64,000 nt of DNA from Narcine bancroftii (Eukaryota). The stretch spans positions 89,280,001 to 89,344,000 of the forward strand of contig NC_091473.1 in assembly GCF_036971445.1 (NCBI RefSeq), written 5' to 3'. Shown here in pieces: positions 51,200 through 63,606 of this stretch. A program made the position numbers and the translations under genes. Below the pieces are notes generated by a model. It did not search any database. It had not been told where the DNA came from and saw only the letters and a program-made list of their open reading frames with translations. Numbering within the stretch: position 1 is the first letter of the stretch; each line of letters opens with the position of its first letter.

Positions 51200-53000
51200 A
51201 AAATAAAACACAATGCTGGAGAAACTCAGCAGGTCACACAGCAAGGATAAAGATACATAACTAATGTTTTGGGTCTGAGCACTGTCATGGTATGAGCAAA
51301 ATGTAGGCAGGTACCTGAATTTAAAAAAAAGTGGGTGGGAAGGGGCAGGGGGAGGAACACAGCCACACAGGCAAAAGGTGGATAAAGGAGGGAAGGAACA
51401 AGAAAAAACAGGGGGAGTGGGGGATAGCTGTGAATGGAGATAGAAGGTGGTGGAGATATAGAGGGATAGGGAAAATAGGGAGAATGGGGAACTGTCTAGC
51501 AGAATTTGATGTTTATGCTATCCATATAACCATATAACCGTACAGCACGGAAACAGGCCATGTCGGCCCTTCAAGTCCATACCAGTTCACTTCAAAAGCT
51601 CCACTAGCTCCTTCGCAAACTCCTGAGGAAGTAGAGGCTTTCTTCATGATGCCATTGGTGTGTTGGTTCCAGGAAAGATCTTCCGAGATAAAGACTCTTA
51701 ATAAAGATATTTTAAAAATCTATAACCTAAGAAATAAGTGCCCCATCGTACCCACGCTATCGTCTCCTGGAAATATCAGAAAATCTTGGAAATTTGAAAT
51801 CAGTTGGGAGACTGCCCAGAAGCAATATTACATGTTGCTCCTCCAATTTTACAAGTAGCATGGTCTAGCAGTGGAGGAGGCCATGGACAGACGTGTGGGC
51901 ATGGAATGCAAAATTGAAATGGTTGGCCTCTGGGAGATCCCTGTCAATGATGTGGACAGAGCAAAGGTGCTTGGTGAAGCCATCTCCCAGTCTGTGTCCA
52001 GTCTCTCCGATGTAGTGAAGGCCATAACAGGAGCAGCAGATGCAGTAGGTGACTCTCACGGATTCACAAGCGAAGTGTTGCTTCACTTGGAAGGACTGTT
52101 TAGGACCCTGAATGGTGGCTGTGTGGATGCAAGTCTGGCACTTTCTGTGGTCACAAGGGGAGGTGTCAAGGGGACAATTAGTAGAAAGGGATGAATGGAC
52201 AATGGAGAGAGTGGTCCCTATTGGATAGCAGAGAGGGGAAGGTGTGTCTGATGGTGGGATCATGTTGTAGGTGATGTAAATTGTGGAGGATAATATGTTG
52301 GACATGGAGGGTGGTAGATGTTGCTTCTAGGGGCAGAGATGGCCATGGTGGAAAATGGAGGAAATGTGGGTAGAGGGGAAGCCATTTTTTTTGAAGAGGG
52401 AGGACATTCAGATTGTCTGCAATGGAAGACCTCATTTTGGGAGCAGATGAGATGGAGGAATTGAGAGAAAGAAATAGAATCCTCACAGGGAACTGGGTGT
52501 GGAAAAAGTGGTCAAGATCATTGTGGGAGTTGGTAGATGTGTAGAAAATGTCCAGAAAGTTTGTCTCCCGAGATGGAGACAGGGAGATCAAGAAAGGAGA
52601 GAGTGTCGCCAGAGATGAACCAAGTGAATTTGAGGTAAGGGTGAAGGTTAGCAGCAAAGTGAATAAAGTTGACAAGCTCATCATGAATGCACGAGGCAGC
52701 ACCATTGTAATGGAGGAAGAGTTCAGGAGCCTTGCCTATATAGCATGGATTGATTCACAAAGCCAACAAAAAGGCAGGCATGGCTGGGACCCATGCAGGT
52801 ACCCATAGTTACCACTTTTATTTGGAGAAAGTGGGATAAGTCAAAGGAGAAGTTATTGGGGGGGGGGGGGGTGAGAACAAATTCTGTCAGGGAGATGGTA
52901 GTGGTGGAAGAGGTCTGGTTCAATCCATTGTTAAGAAAGAAATAGAACACACAATGCTGGAGAAACTCGACAGGTCACACAGTGCACTTTATATAGCAAT
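51200..53000 (-). mobile_element. Penelope-like element with partial direct-repeat ends, interrupted at about 51525-51860
   Basis: ORFs 52723..52950 (NNFSFDLSHFLQIKVVTMGTCMGPSHAC) and 51865..52305 (YCICCSCYGLHYIGETGHRLGD). acacaatgctggagaaactc..caggtcacacag occurs at both 51208 and 52949. Confidence 0.88.
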
Positions 53001-53329
53001 TGTCTGTGTAGAGATAGGTTCCTTAGCATTAGAAATACATGGACCAGGATTTTCATAACTCCCAAGAGAAAATGTTGATAATCAGTCTAAACTGAGGTAA
53101 AGAAATATTGTGCCCGTTTTCTAAATCTCACCTACTGGTATTAGGAAATTTGATTCCTGTCTTTTAGTAGGATTTTTGGTTGCCCTATCATCTTTGAGTC
53201 GAGCAATGCTTTCCCAAATGAATCAACAATAGATTTTGCATGATGGATATCTCCACTGATTTATTTACTTTCAATATCACTGACCTGAAAAATAATGGTT
53301 ACTATTTACTTACACAACAACCCAGGATT

Positions 53330-53576
53330 TTAAATTTAAATTTCAAATAAAATAAAAAAAAATGATAAATACAGCATGGTAATAGACCATTTTAGTGACC
53401 TACAGCCCCTGATATGTTTCGAATGGTGGGAGAAAACCAGAGCCCCCAGGAAGAACCCATGCAGACACGGGAAGAATGAACAAACTCTTTACAGACAGCG
53501 CGGGATTTAAATAATGGTTCAAATCGCTGGAGCTGTAAAGACGTTGCGCTAACCGCTGTGCCAACCATGCCACCCT
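53330..53576 (-). mobile_element. HE1/V-SINE-like SINE
   Basis: Reverse complement of the 40062 copy. Confidence 0.85.
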
Positions 53577-54311
53577 GTTTTGTTAATCTTGGTTCCTCTG
53601 AAACCATGTTATTTAAAGGTTCTACACTCCAGCTATATTCTTTGCCCTCATTAAATTCTGAAAACTTTTGGACTCTCAAAAAACAGCCTCCATGTATATA
53701 TTTTCTGTTTAAAACATGGACAAGGTTTGGGTTCTTCCAGATTACTAACCTCAAGATCATTCAGAGATGGTTGTAACTCCCTGCTGTATTAAAGAGGTCA
53801 CATAAATTTCATTTTCAACCAGCGAAGAGAGAAACAGAACAAATAAGAGGTCTTCCCCAAACTGCAGCCATGTCTAGATGGAGACCTTCATGGCACTCCT
53901 GCCAGAACCACCTAGCTACCTCTATGACCTCCTGGCATAAGAGGATTTACCACAGCTTATCCACATTCTTAAAATCATTGCTGTTTTGGTTCAGCAGCAA
54001 CATTCCTCCAGAGGTGAGAGAATGTTGCTTGCACAGTGGCTTGTAAGAGCTGACTGAAGAAATCTGATCTGGAATTTTAAGTGCCAACATCCATGACAAT
54101 TAACAACTAGTCATTAGAGGATTGTTGATACTGACATGTAATTCACGCTATTCTTTTACAAGCAAGGGTTTCAGTTTGTATAGAACCTTCGTTAACACCA
54201 TTGTGACTGTTTTAATATCTTTAAAAGAGAATAAAACAATTTATAAGTCAAGATGTAGACAAGTAAATGAAGGTTACATTCAGTTTTAAAAAGTAACCTT
54301 TGTTACCTCAG

Positions 54312-54530
54312 TGTATCGTGGAAGTGTTGAAAACCATGCCTTTGACATCAACGACTTCCTGATGGAAATCCGAGGCCTTCGCATTCAGTTGGAGCAAGCT
54401 ATTCACACCAATGGCTGCCTACGGAAGCAGCTGAAGGAACAGATGGATGAGCATCGTCCAGCAAGCCTCAATATTAATTATTTGACTTCATCAGCCAGTG
54501 AACAAAGCATCAGTAAGCAGTTATTCCAGG
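54312..54530 (+). CDS. PDE4DIP: Myomegalin exon K (VYRGS..DINDFLMEIRGLRIQLEQAIHTNGCLRKQL..KQLFQ)
   Basis: ctcag| acceptor and |gtgagc donor, 219 nt, phase 1/1. Matches human DLSHLVAEVRALRGQLEQSIQGNNCLRLQL..KQLLLQ. Confidence 0.93.
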
Positions 54531-55054
54531 GTGAGCCAGTGAATAGATAGAAAGGCCTTCCATTTTCTTCCATTTTTCATATTCTACTATTGTGTTTACA
54601 ATTCATCACAGCTACAAACAGAAATGTAAAATATTATAGTGTGCCCTTAAAAGCATTGCATTCTGAGGAACTCTGGGCTTATTTCAAGAAACACATCTGT
54701 TAACTAAGTACTCCCATGCTTGGCTTCCCCGGGGAAGGGGCTGGGAAGCGGGGAGAATTGAAGTTCTTTGATTAGTCGTGTTTTGAGGGCCCTAATTTGT
54801 TCACATATGCTGAGAAATGTTAATCAATTTGTTTTTTTTTTAATTATGGTAAGGTTAAAGAGTGCAATTTATCTTGATTTCTCACTGTTTAAAGTTTTTG
54901 GATTTAGATTACTTCTCTCACCCTTGCATTGCTTTAAAGTGTTAATAGTATTTAAGAAACAGACAATCATTTAATACCTGTTATGTATGAGTTGGAGATA
55001 GAAATCTATTTCCATTAAGAAAACTTCCTTCATCAAGTGGGTAATCTGTAAACT

Positions 55055-55250
55055 TTTTTTTAAATTTAGAGATAGACCACTGTAGCAGGCCCTTCCGGCC
55101 CACAAGCCCGTGCCACCCAATGCACTCGTGATCAGTTAACCTACCAGTCGTGTGCATTTTTGAAATGTGGGAGAATTACAGTGCCAAATTTGAACGTGGG
55201 TCACTGGCGCTGTAATCATGTTGTTCTAACCACTACATTAAACATGCCTA
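55055..55250 (-). mobile_element. HE1/V-SINE-like SINE, internally deleted
   Basis: Tail caggcccttccggcccacaagcccgtgccacccaa and head ctggcgctgtaa..ctaaccactac. Confidence 0.7.
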
Positions 55251-56195
55251 AAGATTGTGTGATCATGAAAAATGGGACCATAAGAGACCAAGCCAAATTA
55301 AATATATTAATTTAATATGGATAGCTATTTCCCTTTCCATCCAAGGTCTGGGTATTACTCAGTGTGATCTTCAGGCATGCAGGAATCCCAGATATTTGAA
55401 GGAATTGACCAATATCTCATTCTTGGCTCTGTCATTGAAACGCTTGCCTCAGTGAAGTATTTCCTGGGAAATGCTGGATTGCAATAATCTGCATTCATTA
55501 ATTAAATCTCTGCTCCTGAGTTTTCAACCAGATCATCATGGGTTGACATCCTTCTGTTTGAGATGGTTTTCATTTAATGACACAATTTGTGATCTTAATA
55601 GAGATTAAGGTTGGCGTTACAAAGAGTGCCTTCAGCTCGGCTCGCACCCACTGGCCAGAGAGAAACTTAGACATTTAGGAATATCAAAAACCTGACCTTC
55701 CATCTGAAAATGGTAGCCAGATGAGCCAGGTAAAAGGATTAAAAAACAAATTGAGGTTTTTAGTTTTCTTCCCATTTTCCCATCCCATTAATTGCTCAGC
55801 ATTTAGTAAGATGGAACATATAAGGAAAAGATCTTTGAACATCTTGTACATGAAAGATCATGCAACTGAGCAGACATTATGTTGCCCAAATAATGTATTG
55901 GCTCAATATTTATTGTGCTTTTCCAGAACTTCAAAGATATTATCATACAAGATGGATTATGTAGGTAGTTTCAGTCAGTGTTACTGGTATGATGAGTCAA
56001 TATTAAGGCCTAAATGTTGCTGTTTATAATCATTTGGACTGAATGGTGTCTCATCTTCTGTTTTTCAGCCTTTACCAACATTTGTTCATTATTACATCTT
56101 GCACTTCAGTTTCTTTGATTGATAAGATCATTGTTAATACTATTCTGGAAAAATTGGATTCAGTCATGATTATCTTTTGTTTGCAATCTTTGTAG

Positions 56196-56312
56196 ATTGT
56201 GTGCCTTCACCACCTGTGCGGGACACTGGTTTGTTTTTACCTTTCCAAATGCACTCCAAGTCAGCTTCCTCTGTGGCAGATTTTAACGTGGAAGAAACAT
56301 CACAGAAGAATG
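56196..56312 (+). CDS. PDE4DIP: Myomegalin exon L (DCVPSPPVRDTG...ETSQKN)
   Basis: tttgtag| acceptor and |gtaaaa donor, 117 nt, phase 1/1. SPPVRD matches human DSAVSPPVRDVG. Confidence 0.92.
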
Positions 56313-56826
56313 GTAAAAGTTTATAGCTTTGTTTATAACTTCTTTGATGCCCTTTATTTGATGCATTTCGAATTTGTCCAGTTTTTGTATCTTTTGTCTG
56401 CCTCTACCATTGACTAACTCTTGTCTGCTTCTAATTTTATAACAGTATTTGAACATAAAGTGTCAGTGGAGTTGGAGGCAGTAAAGCAGGAAATCATGAA
56501 GGTTCAGACTAAATATATTTCCATTAAAAGAAAATTAATAACTTTCAAATCTTGACCACCATGGATGTTGAGGAAAAGGAAGCTTATGAAAAAATAGTGG
56601 CAAACTAAACACTAAGATACATAATAAATTTGTGAAGAGAAAGAGGATAACATATGGAAGAGAAGCACATATTTGAGATCAAAATGACAGTCTTGAGTGT
56701 AGAGTTGGAATACGTCACAGAAGGAAGTATTGGAAACAATGAACAAAGAGATAAAGGCCATGTTAACCGGTCAATTGTTTTTAAAAGTATATAAACATTG
56801 TGGTTAAAATGTATCTGAGACTCAAA

Positions 56827-57809
56827 AGCCACTTTCACACTTGCAAGTGGTCCCAGGAATTATCGGCCTTTAAAGTGTCTACTGTGAAAGGAAAACTGTC
56901 TCAATGCCGGCATGAGATAACATTGTCTCAACGCCGGGGATTGACGGCCTCTATCCCTAGTACAATCCCCGGCATTGCAATCGGGCAAGTGTAGATTGGG
57001 TAATTGCATTGTGAGATTGAAATGACCCATATTTTTGCATGAGTGCAGGAAGAAAAGATTAAAGTGAAGGTATAAACTTTGCCCTGGGAAAGTTGCAGCA
57101 GGAAAGAGAGAGAAAATAAATAGCAATAGCAGACAATTTTTAAACAGCATGGAAAAGTTGGTAGCGCTATAGCACAAATTTATAAAGACCATGGGAAAAA
57201 AACAACAGCAGATCTGACTTCCCAGAATGGCATGCGGCAGAGAAACCCCCTCCATGTGTGCTTGTGCATGCAGCCCTTTCTCTGCCGCATGGCATTCTGG
57301 GAGGGCAGGTCTGCCATGGCTCTTTCCCCACAGTGTTTATAAATTGTACACAATACTGCTACCAACTTTCCCATGCTGTGTAAATTGTGCACTATAGCAC
57401 TACCAACTTTCCCATACTGTTTAAAAATTGTCCACTATTGCTATTTATTGCTAACACTTTCCCATGGTCCCTTATAAAGGTTTATATAGGTCAGCACAAC
57501 AGCAGGGGCTGAAGGGTTCATACTGTGCTGTACATAAGCTTAATTATTTTATAATTAGGCACGATTAATTTTGTTCAAATATAAGATCATAATACATTGA
57601 TCAGGATGTAGGGCACCCCACCATCCCTTGATGTGTCATGGCGTCATAGGTAGATGGTAGAACAGTCCTAAGCCTGGGGATGGCTCCTTGCAAGTGTGAA
57701 AGCATTCGGTATTCCAGTTAGAAGTGGTCAAGTGTGAAAAGCCAAACCCCCATTCCAATCCCAGGAAATTGAACGGCCGATTTAGTGGGATGCAATTGTG
57801 AAAGGGGCT
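56827..57809. mobile_element. Non-autonomous PIF/Harbinger-like DNA transposon with an internal foldback
   Basis: TIRs agccactttcacacttgca and tgcaattgtgaaaggggct, 3-bp flanks AAA/AAA, no transposase. Confidence 0.7.
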
Positions 57810-57913
57810 AAAGAAATAAAGGAGAAAAATAGTACAGGTGTTGCCTATTATCAATCTTAATCTATAATACTGGAGGACCAGGAGGTTGTTGGAAAAATAA
57901 AGAAGTAGACTGA

Positions 57914-58274
57914 ACCCCCTTTTCCACTGGCATCCCAGTTAATTGGCTGTACAATGTCCAAGGATAAGAAGCCCTTTGTGCCATTCCCATTGAGCCACTC
58001 TTAACTGGGACACTAATTGTTTTTCCACTGAACATACTCATCCCTGGGGTTTGGAGTGTTCTACCTTCAATTGGAAATGAGTGACTTTCTGCTGTCCCTT
58101 TTCCACTGATTTTCTCAGAAAACGCCAGGGATATGAGTATGGGTAGAGGTGGTTAATCCCTGAGGTGAAATAACATCCCTGGGGTGAAAAGGGACAGCAT
58201 CCCTTTTTCACTGGACCCTGTCCCAGTAAATTCCCAGTTAATTCCTGAGACAGGGTGCCAGTGAAAAAGGGGCT
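57914..58274. mobile_element. PIF/Harbinger-like MITE, 361 bp
   Basis: TIRs acccccttttccactggcatcc and gggtgccagtgaaaaaggggct, with 3-bp TSD TGA on both sides. Confidence 0.8.
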
Positions 58275-58339
58275 TGAGTAACAACAGGCCAGTCTGCATA
58301 ACATTGGTGCTGATTGTTGGAACAATATTTTGAGCAATT

Positions 58340-59070
58340 GCATAAATCAGGATTTTGAGATGCACTGATTAATCAAGGACAATTGGCATGGATTTATTCA
58401 GGGAAAGCTGTATGTAAATTGGATTTTTTTGTGGTGGGAACAAGGATTGTACTTTTCATGTAGATTGTAGATTATTAGTGAAGCATTTGAAATGCATGGA
58501 AGATCGATGAAAGATCCCCTGGGATCAAGGCAAAGTGAAAATGTTGGGTTAAAAATTGGTTCAGTTGGAATAATGATTAATAATGTTTTTATGACTGAAA
58601 TGCTTCTTGTAGTGGGATTGTCAGCATTAGCCCCTTTGTATCGTGTGTTTTTGTGTGAACAATTTGAACTTGAGTGTAAACCACAGTTAACAAGTTTTAC
58701 ATTAATGCTAAAATTCAGAGCAAGAAGGTATCAATGGACTTGCTGGGTGATGAGTAGAAGAGCAGGTGAAAAATTAGATAATCCATTTGAATAGGTGAAA
58801 TAAAGCAAGGACGAAAGCATCCTTGTACCATACCAAGAAGAATAGAGTAAATCCCTAAATTTAGCGGGACTGGTTGTACAATGGAATTTGGGATACTTGC
58901 CTCATTAAAGCCAAAGCTAAAATGTAATAGCTAAGATGCCATGCCATGCTATAACTGTTTAAAATAGTACTTATGCCTCAAACAAACTATGTGGGCAGTT
59001 TTAGTCACCACACTGATGGAAGGATGTGTTAGCATCTGAGTGTGTGGAGGGGATTTTATAAGGATGTTAC
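58340..59070 (+). mobile_element. Decayed CR1 RT fragment
   Basis: aatcaaggacaattggcatggattta, gattattagtgaagcatttga and gcagttttagtcaccacact motifs. Confidence 0.55.
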
Positions 59071-59961
59071 CACCATTCCTTTTCAATGTATGTTCTGACA
59101 CGACATGCCTCCAACTGTTTCTTCTGCATCACATTTGGAAATGATAACTTCATGTGCTAAGCTCCCGATTATAAAATTCTGCTCTTAAAAACTTCAAACC
59201 TCCTTCCTTCTCCATACTACTCAGGAAAAAAAGATCTGTTTTGATCAATCCCTGCTAATATTTCTTTCCCTGTATTGGTGTCCATCTGTATACAATTGTC
59301 TTTATAAAGCATATTGCAATGTTTTCCTTTCTAAGGGTGCAATATGAATTCAAGTTTTGATGAAAGATAATAGGCCTAATTTTAATGCTGATGTTTTAGT
59401 CAAATTTGGCATTTCCTACCAGTAGTTCCATTAAATTTAAGGTCTCCTGTCCCATTTCCTGCGAACACAGATCCTTTGGAGTCCAGTGGTAGGATAGGAT
59501 CTTGTTGAGTTTCTGCAACATTGCATTCTTCTTCAGTTTGTGGAAAGTTGACTCTTCTGCAACACCTTCAAGAACGTAAATTGTAGGGCAGTGGAAGGGA
59601 ATAATGAAGTACATTTTATCCTTTTTCAAAATGTTATGTGGTTTATTGCTTCTTTTGTTGATCTTGGTATTGTACTGTTATTGAATATTAGAGACATTCA
59701 AAAGCACTTAAACTAGATTCTGACAGCTTTAACAATAATCAAAAAGTCCCAAGTGGAGTATTGTAGGGAGTGCATATTTTGTCACTTCCAGATAATTCCA
59801 ACTATTATTTCAGGCTTTGCTGCCACACAGGGCCTTGTCATTTGATTCTGGGACTGTCCACACTCGCAGCTTGGGCCTTATGGATTCAACTAAGTTAGGA
59901 GAGTGGAGACTGGGTGTTGGGCTATAAATTTGCATTGAGCATAGGATTTCTCCTCAGGTTG

Positions 59962-61075
59962 TAAAAACACAAAAATGCTGGAGGAACTCCATAGATCACG
60001 CAACTTCAATAGGAGGTAAAGATGTATTATTGACATTTCGGGTCTGAGCCCTTCTTCGCAGTATGAGTAAAAGCAGGTAGATACCGGAATAAAATAAATG
60101 ATGGGAGTTCAGGTCAACAGTGCTAATTTGATAAGGAGAAGAGACTACAAGAAAGGAAAGGTGAGAATTGATGGAGGGGATGGGGAAGAGGCAGGTGGGG
60201 TGCGATTTGGCTATGCGAATGCAGAGCCAGTGTAAAGAAGACAGAAGTAAAAGGGAAGAGAGATACACAGAGCTGCAGGAAAGGAGACATAGGTAAAGAT
60301 GGGGTGGGGGAGCTAACCGAACCAGAGAGGCTGATGTTAATGCCATCCAGTTGGAGGGAGCCCAGATAGAATATGAGGTGGTGTTCTTCCAATTTGCAGA
60401 GCACGAGACCAGGAACATACATGTCGGCAGGGGAATGGGGCAGGGAATTGAAATGGGTGGCCACTGGGATATCCCTGCTATTGCAGTGGACAGAGCCAAG
60501 ATGGTCAACAAAACTATCTTCCAGGCTCCAATGTAGAGGAGACCACAACGGGAGTAACTGGATGCAAGTAGGTGTCCCCTGCCGATTTAAAAGTGAGGTG
60601 TTGCTTCACTTGAAAGGACTTTTTAGAGCCTTAAATGATGGTGAAGGAGGAGGTGTGTGCACAACTGGAACACCTCCTGCAGTCTCAGGGGTAGGTGCCA
60701 AGGAGGTGATTGGTGGGAAGGGAGGAGTGGACAAGGGAATCACAGAGGGTGTGGAAGGGAGGAGCAGGGAAAACATGTCTGATGGTGAGATCACAATGTA
60801 GGTAAAATGGCAGTAATATGTGGGATGAGGAGGCTGTTGAGGACAAGGAGAATCCTATCTTTGTTGCACGGGTGGGGGTAGAAGGGGCTAGGGAAGATGT
60901 GTGGATAATGGAGGATATGTTGGTGAAGGCAGTTAATGATGGTAGAGGGAAAGCCACCCTGCTTTTTCTCATACCATGAAGAAGGGCTCAAGCCCAAAAC
61001 ATCAGTAATATATCTTTACCTCAAATGGACGCTGCAAGACCTTCTAAGTTCCTCCAGCATTCCTGTGTTTTTACA
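59962..61075 (-). mobile_element. Penelope-like element fragment bracketed by inverted pLTR ends
   Basis: ORF 60123..60548 (IPVATHFNSLPHS..KLEEHHLIFYLGSLQLDGINI). 59964-60077 is the imperfect reverse complement of 60958-61073. Confidence 0.85.
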
Positions 61076-61527
61076 CAGCATCTGCACATTTTCTTATTCC
61101 TCTCCTCAGATAGGTAGATGGCACCAACTTTCAGAGATTACATTGTTGCATGGTGACATAAATCTGTCAGCAGGACAAACCCTAACCTTGATGTTCAGTC
61201 TGGCATTAAGCTGTTTAGCTCTTTAATTTGTGTGACCAATCAATTCTTGCACCAATGACCAAAAGTTTCCACAAGGATACAAGCTGGTTGCCTGTACTGT
61301 GACAAGGTGGGAAAGGCCTCAGGACATGCTATAAAAAGATGCTGCTGCATTTTGTTTTCTGTGACAAGTTGTTGACAGAAACTGGCTCCAAAAACAAACC
61401 CCAAAACCAAAGTCCACCAGACTCTATGGGAGGTGGGTATTTTGTTTTCTTCCAAGATCCCAGACTTTTCTCCCCCCCCCCCCAAAGAAAACATGTTCAT
61501 AAATCTAGTCCTTTAGAATCCAATTAA

Positions 61528-61625
61528 TACCTTGATGAAAGGCTCAAGCCTGAAATGTTCGTTATGCATTTTTAAATTTGCTACATAAAGTACACTGTTT
61601 GACTTGAGTTTTCCCCAGCATTGTG
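61528..61625 (+). repeat. Isolated Penelope pLTR end with hammerhead-like core
   Basis: cttgatgaaaggctcaagcctgaaatgttc, followed by sequence homologous to 27860-27920. Confidence 0.7.
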
Positions 61626-61852
61626 CACCATTGATCTACCACCACTCATTGGTCTATAATTCCCAGGATTCTCCAATCCTTCGGCATCTCCTCTGTGGCC
61701 AAGGAAGACGTATCACTTAGGATCTTCTAATAAATTAGTTAAAATTGAACTGAAATTTCTCTTGCTTGATTTTTCAAATAATACAAATTGCAGTTATTAT
61801 TCCTTGGTGTTTGAATTAAATTTTATCTGCCTTTTATATTCTTTTATTTTAG

Positions 61853-62079
61853 ATGGTATTCTCAATGATTCAATGAGCCAGATATCCTGTTCCCTAACAG
61901 ATGATGAGCTTTCTGATGGTTGCTTCACCAAGAAAAATGGATCTCATGCGATTGGACATATTGATGACTACAATGCCCTGCAGCAGCAGATTATGGAGGG
62001 CAGATTGTTGGTTCATAGGATGGAGTCAATTGTCCAATCCTGTGTCAATGCTGCTTTTCTGGAAATTGATAGATCCAAG
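61853..62079 (+). CDS. PDE4DIP: Myomegalin exon M (..DGCFTKKNGSHAIGHIDDYNALQQQIMEGRLLV..)
   Basis: tttag| acceptor and |gtgact donor, 227 nt, phase 1/0. Matches human DGSFANKHGRHVIGHIDDYSALRQQIAEGKLLV. Confidence 0.94.
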
Positions 62080-62584
62080 GTGACTGGGAAAACAAGAAAT
62101 TGCTTAGCATATTATTATCCAATACTGTGGGCTTGCGTTACATCAGTACAACTGAGCATTGAAATTATTTAAATAGAAATTTTTAATTGAAAACTGAATT
62201 ATTATTTAATTTAGGAACATGTTCATATCAATTAAAAAAAGTCACCTAATCGTGACCTGTTACATAAAAGTTCTATATTCACAAACTAGTCAAAAGAAAT
62301 TTGCTATGCCACAAATTCTTCAGAGTAAAGCTGGACATAAATTTGATAATTCTATAAATATAAACAAATGAGATTTGATCCTTTCTGGAGAATAATGCAA
62401 GAGAGGAACATTAAATTTGTGCATTACAATTTGTATTACTCAAGTCTCATTCAATTAATTATTAATGTTCCTTGTAACTTTATAAGGAAGGATTCCAAAT
62501 ATATGGTCTGGCTATAATTTAGGAAAGATTTACATGTGTAGAGGAAGTTATCTCAAAATTTTATTTGTGAATTTACCCATGTAG

Positions 62585-62728
62585 GATTTGGATCATCAGA
62601 TGGTCAAGCAGCTTTTCTCAGGTACCAATACTCTGCGACAGATCTTGGATGAAACTTGCTCATTACTAAAAATGTTCTGGATAACTGCTCAGCCAAATCC
62701 AGATGCTGATATACGAAATAATCAAAAG
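62585..62728 (+). CDS. PDE4DIP: Myomegalin exon N (DLDHQMVKQLFSGTNTLRQILDETCSLLKMFWITAQP..QK)
   Basis: atgtag| acceptor and |gtgagg donor, 144 nt, phase 0/0. Matches human TSALHHALEESASLLTMFWRAALP. Confidence 0.92.
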
Positions 62729-63341
62729 GTGAGGCATTCGGACATGGAATACAAATGTTAGATAGTAGAACAGATAATATTATACTCCAATGAAGTTATT
62801 CCTCTCATATTTTGTGGTCAGATTCAAATGGTTTTTAATCCTTTCCTCAACTGAGAATCCATATTATTTTCCTTTTAAGTAGAAGAGACACCAATTAACA
62901 AGTTATTTGATTCAAATGTAAATTTTAAAATCTCAATTAGTGTTCTTCATTTTATACAAATTAAGCTGCTAAAATTCTAGATCACACCTAGTTTGCTATA
63001 GCTGTTTTATCTTTGAAATGTTTTGAATGCTCCACTATAAAGTTCAGTGCAGCATTCAAATTTTAGTGTCATGCTGAATAAAGCACTGCTGTTCTGTTAC
63101 AACTTTCCAGCAAACATTAATCTCCAAAACATGAAAAACTCCCAACATCAAAAAATCTGGATATTGAGATGAATGTTGCATTTCTCCTAAGATCCAAGCC
63201 TTCTTCCAGTGTTACTCAATGTTATAATGATTTATTTAATGTGATGATGCAGCTTTCAGTCAGAAGAATAGTCATGTAACCATTTACTGAGTGATCATTC
63301 TACCCACTTATGATGAGACTGACTGACTGAATATGTAAAAT

Positions 63342-63606
63342 TGTGAGCGCTGCTGCATGAATTGTTCTGACGCAAAATCCAGAGACTGCTCAACAGGCTT
63401 TAATTAGCTTAAATTTGTACACACCAGGTATCAGTACGATCCTGGCTCTACGTGTATGACTGTTTCCAAAGGGGCCGGCTCAAGTTTTTATACAGGTCGG
63501 TGATTGACAACAAACAGGTGGCGCCAGCCTCCCCGATTGCCTATCTGAAGGTACAGTGGTTACCCCTAGAGTAGGCTGATAGGAGTGTAGTGGTTGTATC
63601 ACCACA
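63342..63606 (-). mobile_element. Short solo LTR (family LTR-s), copy 2
   Basis: TG...CA ends with a perfect 4-bp TSD AAAT. Homologous to 3955-4206. Confidence 0.8.

Noticed and set aside
57340-57470. CRISPR-like repeat-spacer pattern
   Set aside because: Only 2-3 tandem units with no unique spacers, inside a eukaryotic transposon.
3157-62728. Alternative assignment to the paralog CDK5RAP2 or to an NBPF gene
   Set aside because: Exon-by-exon order and motifs (NDIDYY, SLAEVQQEL, RQRLEESI, SPPVRD, IGHIDDY, SLLKMFW) follow myomegalin as I remember it. Reciprocal BLAST would be the formal test.
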